This document shows positions 1 to 9,490 of a stretch of 64,000 bases of DNA, piece after piece. The stretch is from Enterobacter phage CC31, in sequence record NC_014662.1; one strand, given 5' to 3'. The notes beneath the pieces were generated by a model, which did not search any database, was not told the DNA's origin, and saw only the letters and a program-made list of their open reading frames with translations. Both the position numbers and the translations under genes were made by a program. How positions within the stretch are numbered: the first letter of the stretch is position 1; every line of letters starts with the position of its first letter.

Positions 1-1176
1 ATTCAATTCTTCATTAAGCGTTTTGATTTCATCTGAATAATCAATGAACTCTTCAGCTGCTTTATCAATAGCTGCTTTAATCTTGCGAATACGCTCAACA
101 GCTGCTTTCAACTCTTCAGTTTTGGCTGCTACCTGTCCTCGGATGTCTCTGGCTCGGCGTTTAACCGCTTCATATTCCATCTGGGACGCCTGAAGATTCT
201 CTAGATGCGTTTTTAACTCAGCATGTTTGATATTACATTCATCAACTTTCGAGTTAATCTGGCCGATTAGAGTGTCACTGGAGTGCAAATCCTGCAAACA
301 TGTTGGACAATGACCACCTTTATCATACAATGACAGAACTTTTGTGTATGACTCGATGCGGTTCAGGATAGTAATCCCAGCCATTTGAGTCTTTTGAATT
401 CCTTCAGACACATCGTCTTCTTCACCGATTACGATATTGGCCAGGTTCTTGTTCAACTCATCAATAGCAGAACGAATATTACGAGCATCCGCCATAGACT
501 CTTCGTACATGTTCTGCCAACGAGCAACGTTTTCACCAGAAAGTTTCTTTTGCTTCTCTATGTTTTCTTCATAGATTTTGATTTGTTGCTGAATTCCGTC
601 TTTCTTGGCATCTAGAACTTGAACTTGAGAATTCAGTTCTCGAACCAAAGACTTATTCAGTTTATCCATTTCAGCAATGATTGAAACTTCGAGCAGGTCT
701 TCTACTAACTTTCTTCTAGCGGGTGTACTAAGACCCATAAACGGAGTGTAGCCTGCTGTTCCGAGTACCACGACTTGTTTGAAACTCGTGTATGACATTC
801 CAATGAGTTCTTCGAAATAACTTTGGAAGTCTTTAACTGAAGCCGCTTCATCAAGCTTAGCACCATCGCGTTCAATTTCAAAGACATTTGGTTTCTGCCC
901 ACGTTTGATGTAATACGAATGACCATCATATTCCATCCACAATTCACACAGCAATCCTTTCTTGTTTGTGGAATTGATTAATTGGCCTTTCTTGAAATCA
1001 CGGAACGGTTTGCCAAACAATGCGAATGTAATTGCTTCAAGCATTGTACTTTTACCGGCACCATTCTTACCAGTGATTAGTGTTTTGTGGACCTTATCAA
1101 GTTGAATATCAATGGGCTGTCCGCCCACTGACATAATATTCTGATACTTGACTCGGTTCAATTTGAAAATCTTCAT
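1..1176 (-). CDS. 46: gp46 recombination endonuclease subunit (SbcC/Rad50-like ATPase), N-terminal 392 codons; 3' end lies beyond window start
   Basis: Minus-strand translation from ATG at 1174-1176 gives MKIFKLNRVKYQNIMSVGG...ITGKNGAGKST (Walker A) then long coiled-coil; start overlaps gp47 stop (ATGA); T4 46/47 synteny. Confidence 0.9.
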   Translation of the reverse strand, partial: MKIFKLNRVKYQNIMSVGGQPIDIQLDKVHKTLITGKNGAGKSTMLEAITFALFGKPFRDFKKGQLINSTNKKGLLCELWMEYDGHSYYIKRGQKPNVFEIERDGAKLDEAASVKDFQSYFEELIGMSYTSFKQVVVLGTAGYTPFMGLSTPARRKLVEDLLEVSIIAEMDKLNKSLVRELNSQVQVLDAKKDGIQQQIKIYEENIEKQKKLSGENVARWQNMYEESMADARNIRSAIDELNKNLANIVIGEEDDVSEGIQKTQMAGITILNRIESYTKVLSLYDKGGHCPTCLQDLHSSDTLIGQINSKVDECNIKHAELKTHLENLQASQMEYEAVKRRARDIRGQVAAKTEELKAAVERIRKIKAAIDKAAEEFIDYSDEIKTLNEELN

Positions 1177-2195
1177 TGATTCTGAGCCTCAACATAAAGA
1201 GCTTGTGCAAATTTTTTCAATGCAGCGTTATCAGTTGGAGATAAGTCTTCCAATGCATCAATATATTCTGACATCAAATCTAATAAGCTTTTAACTTCAA
1301 TGTCTTCTTCATCGTCAGATTCAACTGAATTGTCAATCTTAGAAACCATGCGTAGTTCATGAACTACTTTTTCAAGTTCGGTTTCAAACTTAGTGATATC
1401 TTTATCAACATCAGTGACAATTACTCGGACTGAAAGATTTTTGTAGTCGTTGTAATCAATCTTACCAGTGAATGGATATTGAAGTCTTACATGCCAGGTA
1501 GTTTCGTTTGGCACAAAATCCATACTTTCCGTTGCGGTATCGAAAATCCAGAATCCGCGAGGGTCGTTCTCGTCACCTGCTGTAAGGGTCCAGGGAGTGC
1601 CGATATACTTAACATTGGCAGCAGAGGATATAGTATGGAAATGCCCTGACCACACTTGCTTATATGACTTAAGGAAATCTGGCTCGAGACCATGAGATTT
1701 TAAACCTTTGTAGTAATAGAAGCCATTAAGCTCCCAGTGCCCAATACAATACTCTGCAGATGATTCTTTAACATGCTTCATAATAGAAGCTACGTTTTCA
1801 TCGCAAAGCCATGGAATTAGGTCAATTAAGCATCCGTCAAAATCAACAGTAGTAGGCACATCATAAATTTTGATGTGGTCATGTTTGCCTAATACTTCTG
1901 TGATAGCATTGGGATGAATTTTATTCTTATAATGCATGTCGTGGTTTCCGATGATTGTATGCATCGTAATCCCAGCTTCTGCTAGCATATCAGCGATTTC
2001 ACGAGCGAATTCCATCGTCTTGTGAGTGATAGCTTTACGTACGTCAAAAATATCTCCGTACTGAATCCACACAGTAATTCCGTGCTTCTTCGAATACTCA
2101 ATTTTTTGACGAATACCATTACGTTGAATTTCTTGAAGCCAAGGGTCATCACCCTTTACGCCCAGATGCCAGTCACCTGTGTGTAATATTTTCAT
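1173..2195 (-). CDS. 47: gp47 recombination endonuclease subunit (SbcD/Mre11-like phosphoesterase)
   Basis: 340 aa, MKILHTGDWHLG and GNHD phosphoesterase motifs; ATG with GAGGTG RBS; position as in T4. Confidence 0.92.
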   Translation of the reverse strand: MKILHTGDWHLGVKGDDPWLQEIQRNGIRQKIEYSKKHGITVWIQYGDIFDVRKAITHKTMEFAREIADMLAEAGITMHTIIGNHDMHYKNKIHPNAITEVLGKHDHIKIYDVPTTVDFDGCLIDLIPWLCDENVASIMKHVKESSAEYCIGHWELNGFYYYKGLKSHGLEPDFLKSYKQVWSGHFHTISSAANVKYIGTPWTLTAGDENDPRGFWIFDTATESMDFVPNETTWHVRLQYPFTGKIDYNDYKNLSVRVIVTDVDKDITKFETELEKVVHELRMVSKIDNSVESDDEEDIEVKSLLDLMSEYIDALEDLSPTDNAALKKFAQALYVEAQNQ

Positions 2196-2302
2196 GTTTT
2201 CACCTCAAAGAGATTATATTCCATACTCCAGAAAGCAGAAAGGGCCCGAAGGCCCTTAATTAAAATCCGTCGAATTCATCAAAGACATCGACATCTTCTG
2301 CA

Positions 2303-2566
2303 TCAAATTTTCTTAACGAGAACATAACCCAATTCCTCGGCTAATTTCTTAGCTTCATTGAATTTTTTCCACATTTCAATTTTTGAATTATGAATAGCTT
2401 CATAATCAATTTTTGGTTCTGGTCTTTCAGATGTGTTGCAGATATTGCAAAATATAGAACGCTTTGGACCAATATAATTGATACCACAGTGTCTACATGT
2501 GCACATATAATCGCCAGAAGGCCAATCTTCAGGCATACTACGAGGTAGCATTAAAGTTTCCACCAT
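2303..2566 (-). CDS. hypothetical small zinc-ribbon protein
   Basis: 87 aa ORF with CxxC...CxxC cysteine pairs; followed by hairpin terminator. Confidence 0.45.
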   Translation of the reverse strand: MVETLMLPRSMPEDWPSGDYMCTCRHCGINYIGPKRSIFCNICNTSERPEPKIDYEAIHNSKIEMWKKFNEAKKLAEELGYVLVKKI

Positions 2567-2725
2567 GGTTTAACTTGGAGAGTATCAACCCATACAACTT
2601 CTTTTGGAGAAGCTTTTACTGCCGGGCCTGTGCTTCCAAGAACACGATAATGAGTTTCGGATAGTTTTACTGCCATGACTCCGTTGGAAACTGACAGAGT
2701 AAAACCTGCATTAACTTTTAAACGC

Positions 2726-3052
2726 TTAAACGGTTTCTGTACCAGCATTGATGATTTCCCATACTTGTTGGCGTGTAGTCTGCCAGTTAACACGGATGAT
2801 TTCGTCATTATAAGGTTGTTTGTAAATGTCACGCAGTTTACAGAGAGCGTACTTATATGCTTCGAAATTATTTTCGAGGACTGCGCCAGCGGCATGGTCA
2901 TTCAGTCGCTTAATTTCACGACGATTCTTTTTGAAGATTTTAGTTGCCATAGCATTTGCACGTCTCTGGCTTTCTTCTTCAATTAAACGCTTAATACGTT
3001 CTTCTTCGTTATCGTCGATTTGTTCTACGCTGTCAATATTACGTTCGTTCAT
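2726..3052 (-). CDS. hypothetical protein
   Basis: 108 aa ORF co-directional with the early gene block, charged/helical; overlapping antisense ORFs judged shadows. Confidence 0.4.
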   Translation of the reverse strand: MNERNIDSVEQIDDNEEERIKRLIEEESQRRANAMATKIFKKNRREIKRLNDHAAGAVLENNFEAYKYALCKLRDIYKQPYNDEIIRVNWQTTRQQVWEIINAGTETV

Positions 3053-3057
3053 TTGAC

Positions 3058-3312
3058 CTACTTACTTTTGTAATCAATTGTTATGCTAAAATCATTTTCT
3101 CCTAGATTATAACTGTGAGTTATCTCAGCATTATCAGAAGTGAATTCAGCGTCATGTGGGTTCTTGGGGTCGATGCGAATGTCCAAATCCAATACCTCCC
3201 TCATATACATTTTAAGCAAATAAGGGATAGCATCATAATCGGGCACTTCTTCCAGGAAACCTGCGAGGTTAATCGTCAGCCTCATATAAAAAATCCAAGT
3301 TCGGACCTTCAT
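3058..3312 (-). CDS. hypothetical protein (start probably internal to track ORF)
   Basis: 84 aa track ORF overlapping gp55 3' end; true start uncertain. Confidence 0.3.
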   Translation of the reverse strand: MKVRTWIFYMRLTINLAGFLEEVPDYDAIPYLLKMYMREVLDLDIRIDPKNPHDAEFTSDNAEITHSYNLGENDFSITIDYKSK

Positions 3313-3802
3313 CTACAACATCGCTCTTTTTGTCAGACCCTGGCTGTTTGTAGGTGGAGGTTTCGTAATGCGTCATTTTATCGTAGATGTCTTGAATAAA
3401 AGTTTCATCTACTAACGCAACCATATCATCGTCACGAGCGTCATAGACGTTGTGAACAAAATAGCTATACTTTTTAGCAACTTCCTTACGTTCTTTCTTG
3501 ATACGTTGGACGAATGCGTTAAAGCAAGCACGGGTTATATACGCATGCGGGTTGTCGTACTTTGTTTCATCGAAGTTGTGTAGACCTTTAATAGAAGCCT
3601 CTACACCGTCTGAAATCATTTCATCTTTCCAAGAGCGGGTGTACCCCGAAAAGTTAAAACGCTTACTCAGACCCTCAGATATCAACATAATTGCTCTGCC
3701 GATAGTATCATTCTGACGAACGGGTTTACCAGCTTCGCGACATTGCTGTTTCCACTCAGTGATGGCTTTCAGCAACTCCTTATTATTTACATAGTTAGCC
3801 AT
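3269..3802 (-). CDS. 55: gp55 late-transcription sigma factor
   Basis: 177 aa; [11 protein letters not shown]...[26 protein letters not shown]...[28 protein letters not shown] closely matches T4 gp55 as recalled; ATG with GGAAGAGG RBS. Confidence 0.93.
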   Translation of the reverse strand: MANYVNNKELLKAITEWKQQCREAGKPVRQNDTIGRAIMLISEGLSKRFNFSGYTRSWKDEMISDGVEASIKGLHNFDETKYDNPHAYITRACFNAFVQRIKKERKEVAKKYSYFVHNVYDARDDDMVALVDETFIQDIYDKMTHYETSTYKQPGSDKKSDVVDEGPNLDFLYEADD

Positions 3803-3868
3803 ATTACCTCTTCCGCTTCATTTAATAAGAATATTATAACACGTTTGGAGGAAGGGTATTTTAAGCAT

Positions 3869-4165
3869 CTATTTAAGGAGTTCGTAAAGCGAAAAGCACT
3901 TAATCATGAGTTTGCGGAAAGTAACAAAATCGAGTTCTGGCTCAAAAGCATTTTCATTACAGAATCTGAGCCATGATTTCCAAAGTTCGATGTAGCCGTT
4001 TTCATTCAGCTTAGATACATGGCCTCGCCAGACGTATTCTAAACTCGGGCCAGGTTCATTTGAGTCTGAGAATGTAATTCCCATCCACTTATCTACGAAA
4101 AATTCACCTAATCCAGTAACACGGAATGATGTGATTTCAATATTATCTAAAGTAATTCTGCTCAT
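3869..4165 (-). CDS. hypothetical protein (55.x region)
   Basis: 98 aa ORF, tightly packed with neighbours on minus strand. Confidence 0.4.
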   Translation of the reverse strand: MSRITLDNIEITSFRVTGLGEFFVDKWMGITFSDSNEPGPSLEYVWRGHVSKLNENGYIELWKSWLRFCNENAFEPELDFVTFRKLMIKCFSLYELLK

Positions 4166-4413
4166 AGGTCAAATATCCTAAAAGTATCTTCGATTAAAGT
4201 CTTGAACGTATTGAAATGCATAGGTTCAAGGTCTTCACATGTTTCTTCACAGAATTCACGATAAAGAATATCTGGAGTGTAATCACGGAAGATAGCAATA
4301 TCAGATTCCCAGTAAGCACCAGTTTCTTCATCAGAGAAATAAACGGTACCATCACGACGAATAACCCAGTCGCCGTAGTTCAATACTGTGATAGTGAATT
4401 GATTATATTTCAT
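4162..4413 (-). CDS. hypothetical protein
   Basis: 83 aa ORF, 4-nt start/stop overlap with neighbours. Confidence 0.4.
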   Translation of the reverse strand: MKYNQFTITVLNYGDWVIRRDGTVYFSDEETGAYWESDIAIFRDYTPDILYREFCEETCEDLEPMHFNTFKTLIEDTFRIFDL

Positions 4414-4637
4414 AGGATAAGTTCCTTAGCACATTCAATAGCTTCATCCATACTTCCGAATGCATCTACTGAGTGATAATCTTTCCCAGTGTATTCATAA
4501 ACCCACCAGGCGTCAAAATCTTCTTCAATAACGAAATCAACATCGTTCTTTGAAGTACCTTCAATCATTAGGCGGCCGTCTTCAGTACGCTTTGTTTGAA
4601 ATCCGGCTAACTGTAAATCACTTTCAATTTTATTCAT
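4410..4637 (-). CDS. hypothetical protein
   Basis: 75 aa ORF in coupled array. Confidence 0.4.
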   Translation of the reverse strand: MNKIESDLQLAGFQTKRTEDGRLMIEGTSKNDVDFVIEEDFDAWWVYEYTGKDYHSVDAFGSMDEAIECAKELIL

Positions 4638-4899
4638 CGAGGTACTCCTTCAGTTCTTCCTCTGTCATTCCTTCTTCCCACATATGATAAAAAGGATAAT
4701 CCACACTTCTATCTTGAACTGGGAAATATCTAACTTGGAAATTTTTGTTTATCATTTCGCATGCTTTGAGATAATCAACAGCATTATTGATATCTTCCCA
4801 ATTGGTTCCAAAGACGAATCTAGCGTGCAGTTTAGCATGCCAAACGTCTATTTTATGAGATATCAATATGATAACACTTATGCCTTCGTTCATAACCAC
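4630..4899 (-). CDS. hypothetical protein
   Basis: 89 aa ORF in coupled array. Confidence 0.4.
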   Translation of the reverse strand: MVMNEGISVIILISHKIDVWHAKLHARFVFGTNWEDINNAVDYLKACEMINKNFQVRYFPVQDRSVDYPFYHMWEEGMTEEELKEYLDE

Positions 4900-5204
4900 T
4901 CCTCTTTATAACCAGGCACAGTCAAATGGATTTCATAACGTGAACGATGACCGTGATGAAGATGAAATTCCATATGAGCCTTAGCACCCATAAAGAAACC
5001 AATAAACATTTCAAGGTCCATTCTTGTTTCAATCATATCTGGCAAAGGCCAGATGAGTTGATTGCTACCTTTAAGCTTAATTGCTTTAAGACTTGGACCA
5101 AATTCCCGGCATAATTTCACCGGAACATAACGCTTATTTGAAGTAAAATCAGCATAAGGCTTGAATCCAGGGTCACATTTGAAGTAGACCTTGACATTTA
5201 TCAT
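4890..5204 (-). CDS. hypothetical protein
   Basis: 104 aa ORF, His-rich segment (HLHHGHRSRYEIH). Confidence 0.4.
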   Translation of the reverse strand: MINVKVYFKCDPGFKPYADFTSNKRYVPVKLCREFGPSLKAIKLKGSNQLIWPLPDMIETRMDLEMFIGFFMGAKAHMEFHLHHGHRSRYEIHLTVPGYKEEWL

Positions 5205-5539
5205 TTGGCGGCCTTGACAATTTTAAGGTCAACGAATCCTTTCTTACGCTGGTTCTTCATCTTACGGATAGTGCTATCAGAGATTTCTTTACGCTTTATA
5301 GTTGGAATACCGAAAGCATCAAGATTAAATTCAGACAGAATGTAAGCAACAACCAGTTCACGGATACGAGCTTTACCAATTTTCTGGTCATTTTCTTTCA
5401 TCGTACCGTGCAGTTCAACTTCCCACTTATCCAGCAACTTAGGAGTCACGATAACGTCTTTGAACTCACCATCAACTTTCATTGCTTCCACCTTCGGGAA
5501 TACGAAAGCGTTCAGTACGTTTTTGATAGCCTGTGACAT
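5201..5539 (-). CDS. hypothetical protein
   Basis: 112 aa ORF. Confidence 0.4.
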   Translation of the reverse strand: MSQAIKNVLNAFVFPKVEAMKVDGEFKDVIVTPKLLDKWEVELHGTMKENDQKIGKARIRELVVAYILSEFNLDAFGIPTIKRKEISDSTIRKMKNQRKKGFVDLKIVKAAK

Positions 5540-5604
5540 ATTGATTTCCTCATTTTAACTAAGTTTGACATAAGAGATTCTATTCCGAATCTCTTATAGC
5601 AAAA

Positions 5605-5871
5605 TTAGCAGTTTTTGACGTATTCGTAGATAGCACGAGTCAGTTCAGCCGCTTCATCTTTTTCAATATCTGAAATCAGAGCATAGATAGCATTAGTGAT
5701 TGAGCTTGGGCGATGACGAGCAGCACTAATTGAAACTTCTGTCATACACGAACGACCACGAAGAACAACTTCAACGTTGTTGATTTCAATGTTCATACGT
5801 TCTTGACCACGGCTTTCAGAACGAATGAAAACTCCTAACTCGACAGTTACTTTCTTTTTCAGTGTAATCAT
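5605..5871 (-). CDS. hypothetical protein
   Basis: 88 aa ORF preceded by early-type promoter at about 5898-5928. Confidence 0.4.
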   Translation of the reverse strand: MITLKKKVTVELGVFIRSESRGQERMNIEINNVEVVLRGRSCMTEVSISAARHRPSSITNAIYALISDIEKDEAAELTRAIYEYVKNC

Positions 5872-5934
5872 GTTACTCTCCTTGGTTGGTGTAAGAGTAT
5901 AGTAACACCTTCCGCAACGGATGTAAACGGTTGG

Positions 5935-5965
5935 TAGAAATAAAAATGGGGACCGCTAGGGTCCC
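5935..5965 (-). terminator. rho-independent terminator downstream of nrdH-like gene
   Basis: Hairpin GGGGACC-GCTA-GGGTCCCC followed on minus strand by ATTTTTATTT. Confidence 0.6.
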
Positions 5966-6017
5966 CGAAGATGTGAGCCATATGTTTATATGGACTTCAA
6001 AAGAAAGTGTCTTAGAG

Positions 6018-6332
6018 TTAATCCAGCGAATCGAGGTCGTAACCTAGTTCACCGAGTCTTTCTTTTATTGTTCTTAGATTTGGGTAATATACACCACCGA
6101 GGATGACGACCGGGTAATTGACGCGCTTGCTTGGGAAAACTCCTGAGGCTTTAGCGGCTTCTTCAATCGCCTTGTAGTTGTATTGGACGTCACCGGCCAT
6201 GTAGATAACGTCGATGAACTCATACGGAATTTTGAATTCGTCAAAAATTTCTTTGACTGCTGCGCAACCAGCGCAGCGATAGACGTCTTCCGGAATTCCA
6301 TAAATTTTAGCTCTTAGTTGTGAGTTTTCCAT
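6018..6332 (-). CDS. nrdH: NrdH-like glutaredoxin (redoxin for ribonucleotide reductase)
   Basis: CAGC redox motif, VNYPVVILGG glutaredoxin-type motif; start trimmed to ATG at 6332 with GAGG RBS (track ORF 6018..6356). Confidence 0.6.
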   Translation of the reverse strand: MENSQLRAKIYGIPEDVYRCAGCAAVKEIFDEFKIPYEFIDVIYMAGDVQYNYKAIEEAAKASGVFPSKRVNYPVVILGGVYYPNLRTIKERLGELGYDLDSLD

Positions 6333-6582
6333 TGACTGTAACCTCAAGCTTATCATCTAAACCAATATCCTTAAGCGCATCAGTCATTCGACGAATACGA
6401 GCAGTAACTTCTTCAGGAGAAAGTTTAGGCTTATCATCAGTCTTCGGAGCGATAATCACTGCCATTCCGAATACCAAGAGTGCAGGTACAGCAACAATAA
6501 TTCCGTAAGCAATAACAATATAAGCCAGAAGCTTAGATAAAGCAGTTCGAGTTCCGTTGAAGAAAGATTTGATATGTTTCAT
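6307..6582 (-). CDS. hypothetical membrane protein
   Basis: 91 aa, one hydrophobic helix (LLAYIVIAYGIIVAVPALLVFGMAVIIA). Confidence 0.4.
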   Translation of the reverse strand: MKHIKSFFNGTRTALSKLLAYIVIAYGIIVAVPALLVFGMAVIIAPKTDDKPKLSPEEVTARIRRMTDALKDIGLDDKLEVTVNGKLTTKS

Positions 6583-6681
6583 ATTTTTCCTTAGGAGAAA
6601 GTTACGATACCGGCGAAAACATACAGAGCTGGAAATTCTTCACCCCAACTTTGAATGATGAAGTTTGCGTTTAATGCGAGT

Positions 6682-7167
6682 TTATTCAGGATGTTCATTG
6701 TGTTCCTCATTCCAAGTTCCGCTGTTAATCCACAGCCTTTGATTATCACTGCCTCTCCAAAGCTTTTTAGTTGGTAGAGACTGTTCATATTTACCATCGA
6801 TAATAACATCAACATAATTTAGCAGTTCCAAGTCCTTGATATCTTCGAACTTGTATCCCGTCCACATCCAAACATCTTTGTGAGGGTGACTATTATGTAA
6901 GCACTTGAGTAGTGCTTCTATAGTTTCTCTATTGTCTGGATAAAGAGGGTCTCCACCTGTAAGAGTGATTCCTTGAATGTAATCTTTGCTTAAAAGCTCT
7001 CTGATTTCTTCAATGGTTTCACCGGTGAACTCTGTTCCATTACGTGGATTCCATGTGGATTTATTATAACATCCTTCACATTTATGCAAACACCCGGTGA
7101 CGAAAAGAACGACCCTGCAACCAGGGCCATTCACAAAATCACAAGGATAGATTCTGTCATACTTCAC
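6682..7167 (-). CDS. nrdG: anaerobic ribonucleotide reductase activating protein NrdG (radical SAM)
   Basis: 161 aa; CDFVNGPGCRVVLFVTGCLHKCEGC cysteine motif; probable GTG start; adjacent to nrdD. Confidence 0.9.
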   Translation of the reverse strand: MKYDRIYPCDFVNGPGCRVVLFVTGCLHKCEGCYNKSTWNPRNGTEFTGETIEEIRELLSKDYIQGITLTGGDPLYPDNRETIEALLKCLHNSHPHKDVWMWTGYKFEDIKDLELLNYVDVIIDGKYEQSLPTKKLWRGSDNQRLWINSGTWNEEHNEHPE

Positions 7168-8986
7168 AGTGTTTCGTCCTGTGCATTATTTCTTTGTTCT
7201 TACCAAGATTAAATCCGCGTTCAGACGGATTACCAAGATATCCACAAGTGCGTCTGATTGTGTTCATCTTTTTAGGGTCTGATTCACCGCATTCATGACA
7301 GATAAATCCATCTTCCGTTGGAGTCATTTCATGAGTTGAACCGCATGTAAAGCACTTATCAACTGGCATGTTCACACCGAAGTAATCAAGATGCTCAACA
7401 GCATAATCCCATACAGCTTCAAGGCCTTTGAGATTGTTCTTCATATCAGGAAGTTCTACATAACTGATATGACCACCTTTGGCAATAAAGTGGAAAATAG
7501 ATTCACGGTCAATTTTACCGAACGGAGAAATCTTTTCTTCTACTGAAACATGGAAGCTGTTAGTGTACCACCCTTTATCGGTGACGCCTTTAATGTCACC
7601 ATGGACTTCAGCATCAATCTTACAGAAGCGATAGCACAAGTTCTCTGCTGGAGTTGAATAAAGACTAAAAGCAAAGCCAGTCTCTTTAGTCCATTCAGCA
7701 AGATAATCGTTCAGGCATTTCAGAAGAAGCTTACCGATATCAGCACCCAATAGAGTTTGAACTTCATGGATTCCGATGTACCCTAACGAAATTGAAGAAC
7801 GACCATTTCGGAAGATGTCGAGAATCTCATCGTTTGGCTTAAGACGAACACCAAAAGCACCTTCTTGGTAAAGAATAGGAGCTACCGAAGCTGTTACACC
7901 ACGAAGCGATTCAATACGAGCTAAAAGAGCTTCTTTACAAATCTTCAAACGGTCATCAAGAATATGGAAGAACTTGGTCAAATCTGGACGACCATCAACC
8001 ATACAATCGAGTGCTACTCGTGGAAGGTTAATTGTCACTACGCCAAGATTATTACGTCCGTCAAGAATTTCTTCACCGTCTTTGTTCTTCCATACGCCAA
8101 GGAATGAACGACATCCCATTGGAGAAACTGGAACAGAAGAACCAGTGATTAGACGGTTATTCTTTGAACTAATGATGTCAGGATACATTCGTTTACTTGC
8201 ACATTCCAATGCAAGTTGTTTGATGTCATAATTCACATCAGTTGGATGAAGGTTAATTCCTTCTTCAACAAACATAACGAGCTTAGGAAAAATTGGAGTG
8301 ATTCCGTCTCGTCCAAGGCCTTTGATTCTATTTTTGAGAATAGCTTTTTGAATCATACGTTCATAATCGCTTGTGCCAGTACCAAAGGTAATTGTCACGA
8401 ATGGAGTTTGACCATTTGAGCTGAACAGAGTATTGACTTCATATTCATAAGCCTGGAATGCATCATATACGTCTTTTTCTGTTTTCTCAATCGCGTATAC
8501 GTAGTCATTGACGTGCTCAATACCGTATCTTTCTGCATCACGTAAATGCTTAAAGAAAGTCTTCTCTACAAAAGGAGCAAGCACAACATCAACATTAGCA
8601 AATGTCGTTCCACCGTATTGATGAGAAGCTACTTGAGCAGTGATTTGAGCCATGATAGCAGTTGCTACACCAATTGACTTTGGAGTCTCAATTTGAGCAT
8701 TACCAAGTTTAAATCCATTGCTGAGCATACCCTTCAAATCGACTAAGCAACAGTTAGTGAATGGAAGAGCTGGAGAATAGTCTAAGTCGTGAAAATGAAT
8801 AAGACCTTTATCATGAGCATTTAGAACAGTAGGAGAGATAACCTGACGAGCAATGTGTTTTGAAACAATTCCTGCCATCAGGTCTCGTTGAGTTGGAAAA
8901 ACACGAGAATCTTTATTAGCATTCTCATTAAGTAAGTCTTTGTTGGTACGGTTGATTAAACCCTGGATTTCTGATTCAATTGTCAT
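7157..8986 (-). CDS. nrdD: anaerobic ribonucleoside-triphosphate reductase NrdD (glycyl radical enzyme), uninterrupted
   Basis: 609 aa continuous ORF; C-terminal glycyl-radical region (RRTCGYLG) and zinc-ribbon CxxC...CxxC; T4 synteny nrdG-nrdD-49. Confidence 0.95.
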   Translation of the reverse strand: MTIESEIQGLINRTNKDLLNENANKDSRVFPTQRDLMAGIVSKHIARQVISPTVLNAHDKGLIHFHDLDYSPALPFTNCCLVDLKGMLSNGFKLGNAQIETPKSIGVATAIMAQITAQVASHQYGGTTFANVDVVLAPFVEKTFFKHLRDAERYGIEHVNDYVYAIEKTEKDVYDAFQAYEYEVNTLFSSNGQTPFVTITFGTGTSDYERMIQKAILKNRIKGLGRDGITPIFPKLVMFVEEGINLHPTDVNYDIKQLALECASKRMYPDIISSKNNRLITGSSVPVSPMGCRSFLGVWKNKDGEEILDGRNNLGVVTINLPRVALDCMVDGRPDLTKFFHILDDRLKICKEALLARIESLRGVTASVAPILYQEGAFGVRLKPNDEILDIFRNGRSSISLGYIGIHEVQTLLGADIGKLLLKCLNDYLAEWTKETGFAFSLYSTPAENLCYRFCKIDAEVHGDIKGVTDKGWYTNSFHVSVEEKISPFGKIDRESIFHFIAKGGHISYVELPDMKNNLKGLEAVWDYAVEHLDYFGVNMPVDKCFTCGSTHEMTPTEDGFICHECGESDPKKMNTIRRTCGYLGNPSERGFNLGKNKEIMHRTKHCEV

Positions 8987-9456
8987 TTTAAACTCTTACG
9001 AAGTTGCTTTTTGAATGAAGCAACAAGCTTTGGTTTGGAATCATCTTCAGAATAGGTAAACCCGTAAGCATTCATTTCAGCTATCATCTCGGGTTTACCA
9101 AGTCGACTGAATTCTTTTGACTTATCGCCAATGAAATTAGGATGAATGTTATTTTTAGTATAGTCATTCTTCAGATAGGTCAGCAAACTCTCAAGCCACT
9201 CGAGGTAGTCGACTTCACGACCTTTTAAACCAGAGCGGTTGAACTTATGCTTCATTTGACCTTCTGCTGCGTTACACAGATTACATAGTAAACCACGAAC
9301 TTTACCGGCTTTTGGTCCGTTCAATTCATGGTCGTGGTCAAGGTGGTTACTTTGAACATCGCCGTCTAATTCGCGTTTACAAATCGGACAGATACCATGC
9401 TGTGCATCAAATAGTCTTTGTTTTTCTTCTTTGTAGAGTTTGCTGGTCAATAACAT
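8983..9456 (-). CDS. 49: gp49 endonuclease VII (Holliday junction resolvase)
   Basis: 157 aa; MLLTSKLYKEEKQ...HLDHDHELNGPKAGKVRGLLCNLCNAAEGQ matches T4 endo VII as recalled. Confidence 0.93.
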   Translation of the reverse strand: MLLTSKLYKEEKQRLFDAQHGICPICKRELDGDVQSNHLDHDHELNGPKAGKVRGLLCNLCNAAEGQMKHKFNRSGLKGREVDYLEWLESLLTYLKNDYTKNNIHPNFIGDKSKEFSRLGKPEMIAEMNAYGFTYSEDDSKPKLVASFKKQLRKSLK

Positions 9457-9480
9457 AGTTCACCTCAATATTAGATGAAC

Positions 9481-9488
9481 TATTTATA
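9481..9488 (-). promoter_or_regulatory. T4-type late promoter (TATAAATA on minus strand) upstream of gene 49
   Basis: Plus-strand tatttata = revcomp TATAAATA about 25 nt upstream of gp49 ATG. Confidence 0.55.
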
Positions 9489-9490
9489 GT

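Noticed and set aside
385-947. Small ORFs (76 aa plus strand, 80 aa minus strand) at the window start
   Set aside because: Both fall inside the gp46 coding region, which reads continuously on the minus strand from ATG 1176 with a Walker A motif; the track omits gp46 only because its stop lies outside the window.
1487-1693. 68-aa minus-strand ORF within gene 47
   Set aside because: Alternate frame inside gp47; no independent signals.
7974-8419. Plus-strand ORFs (85 and 67 aa) inside nrdD
   Set aside because: Antisense to a continuous, motif-rich nrdD ORF; no RBS or promoter; shadow ORFs.
7157-8986. Possible group I intron in nrdD, as in T4
   Set aside because: The ORF is continuous over 609 codons with no interruption or extra in-frame insert; no intron-like gap.
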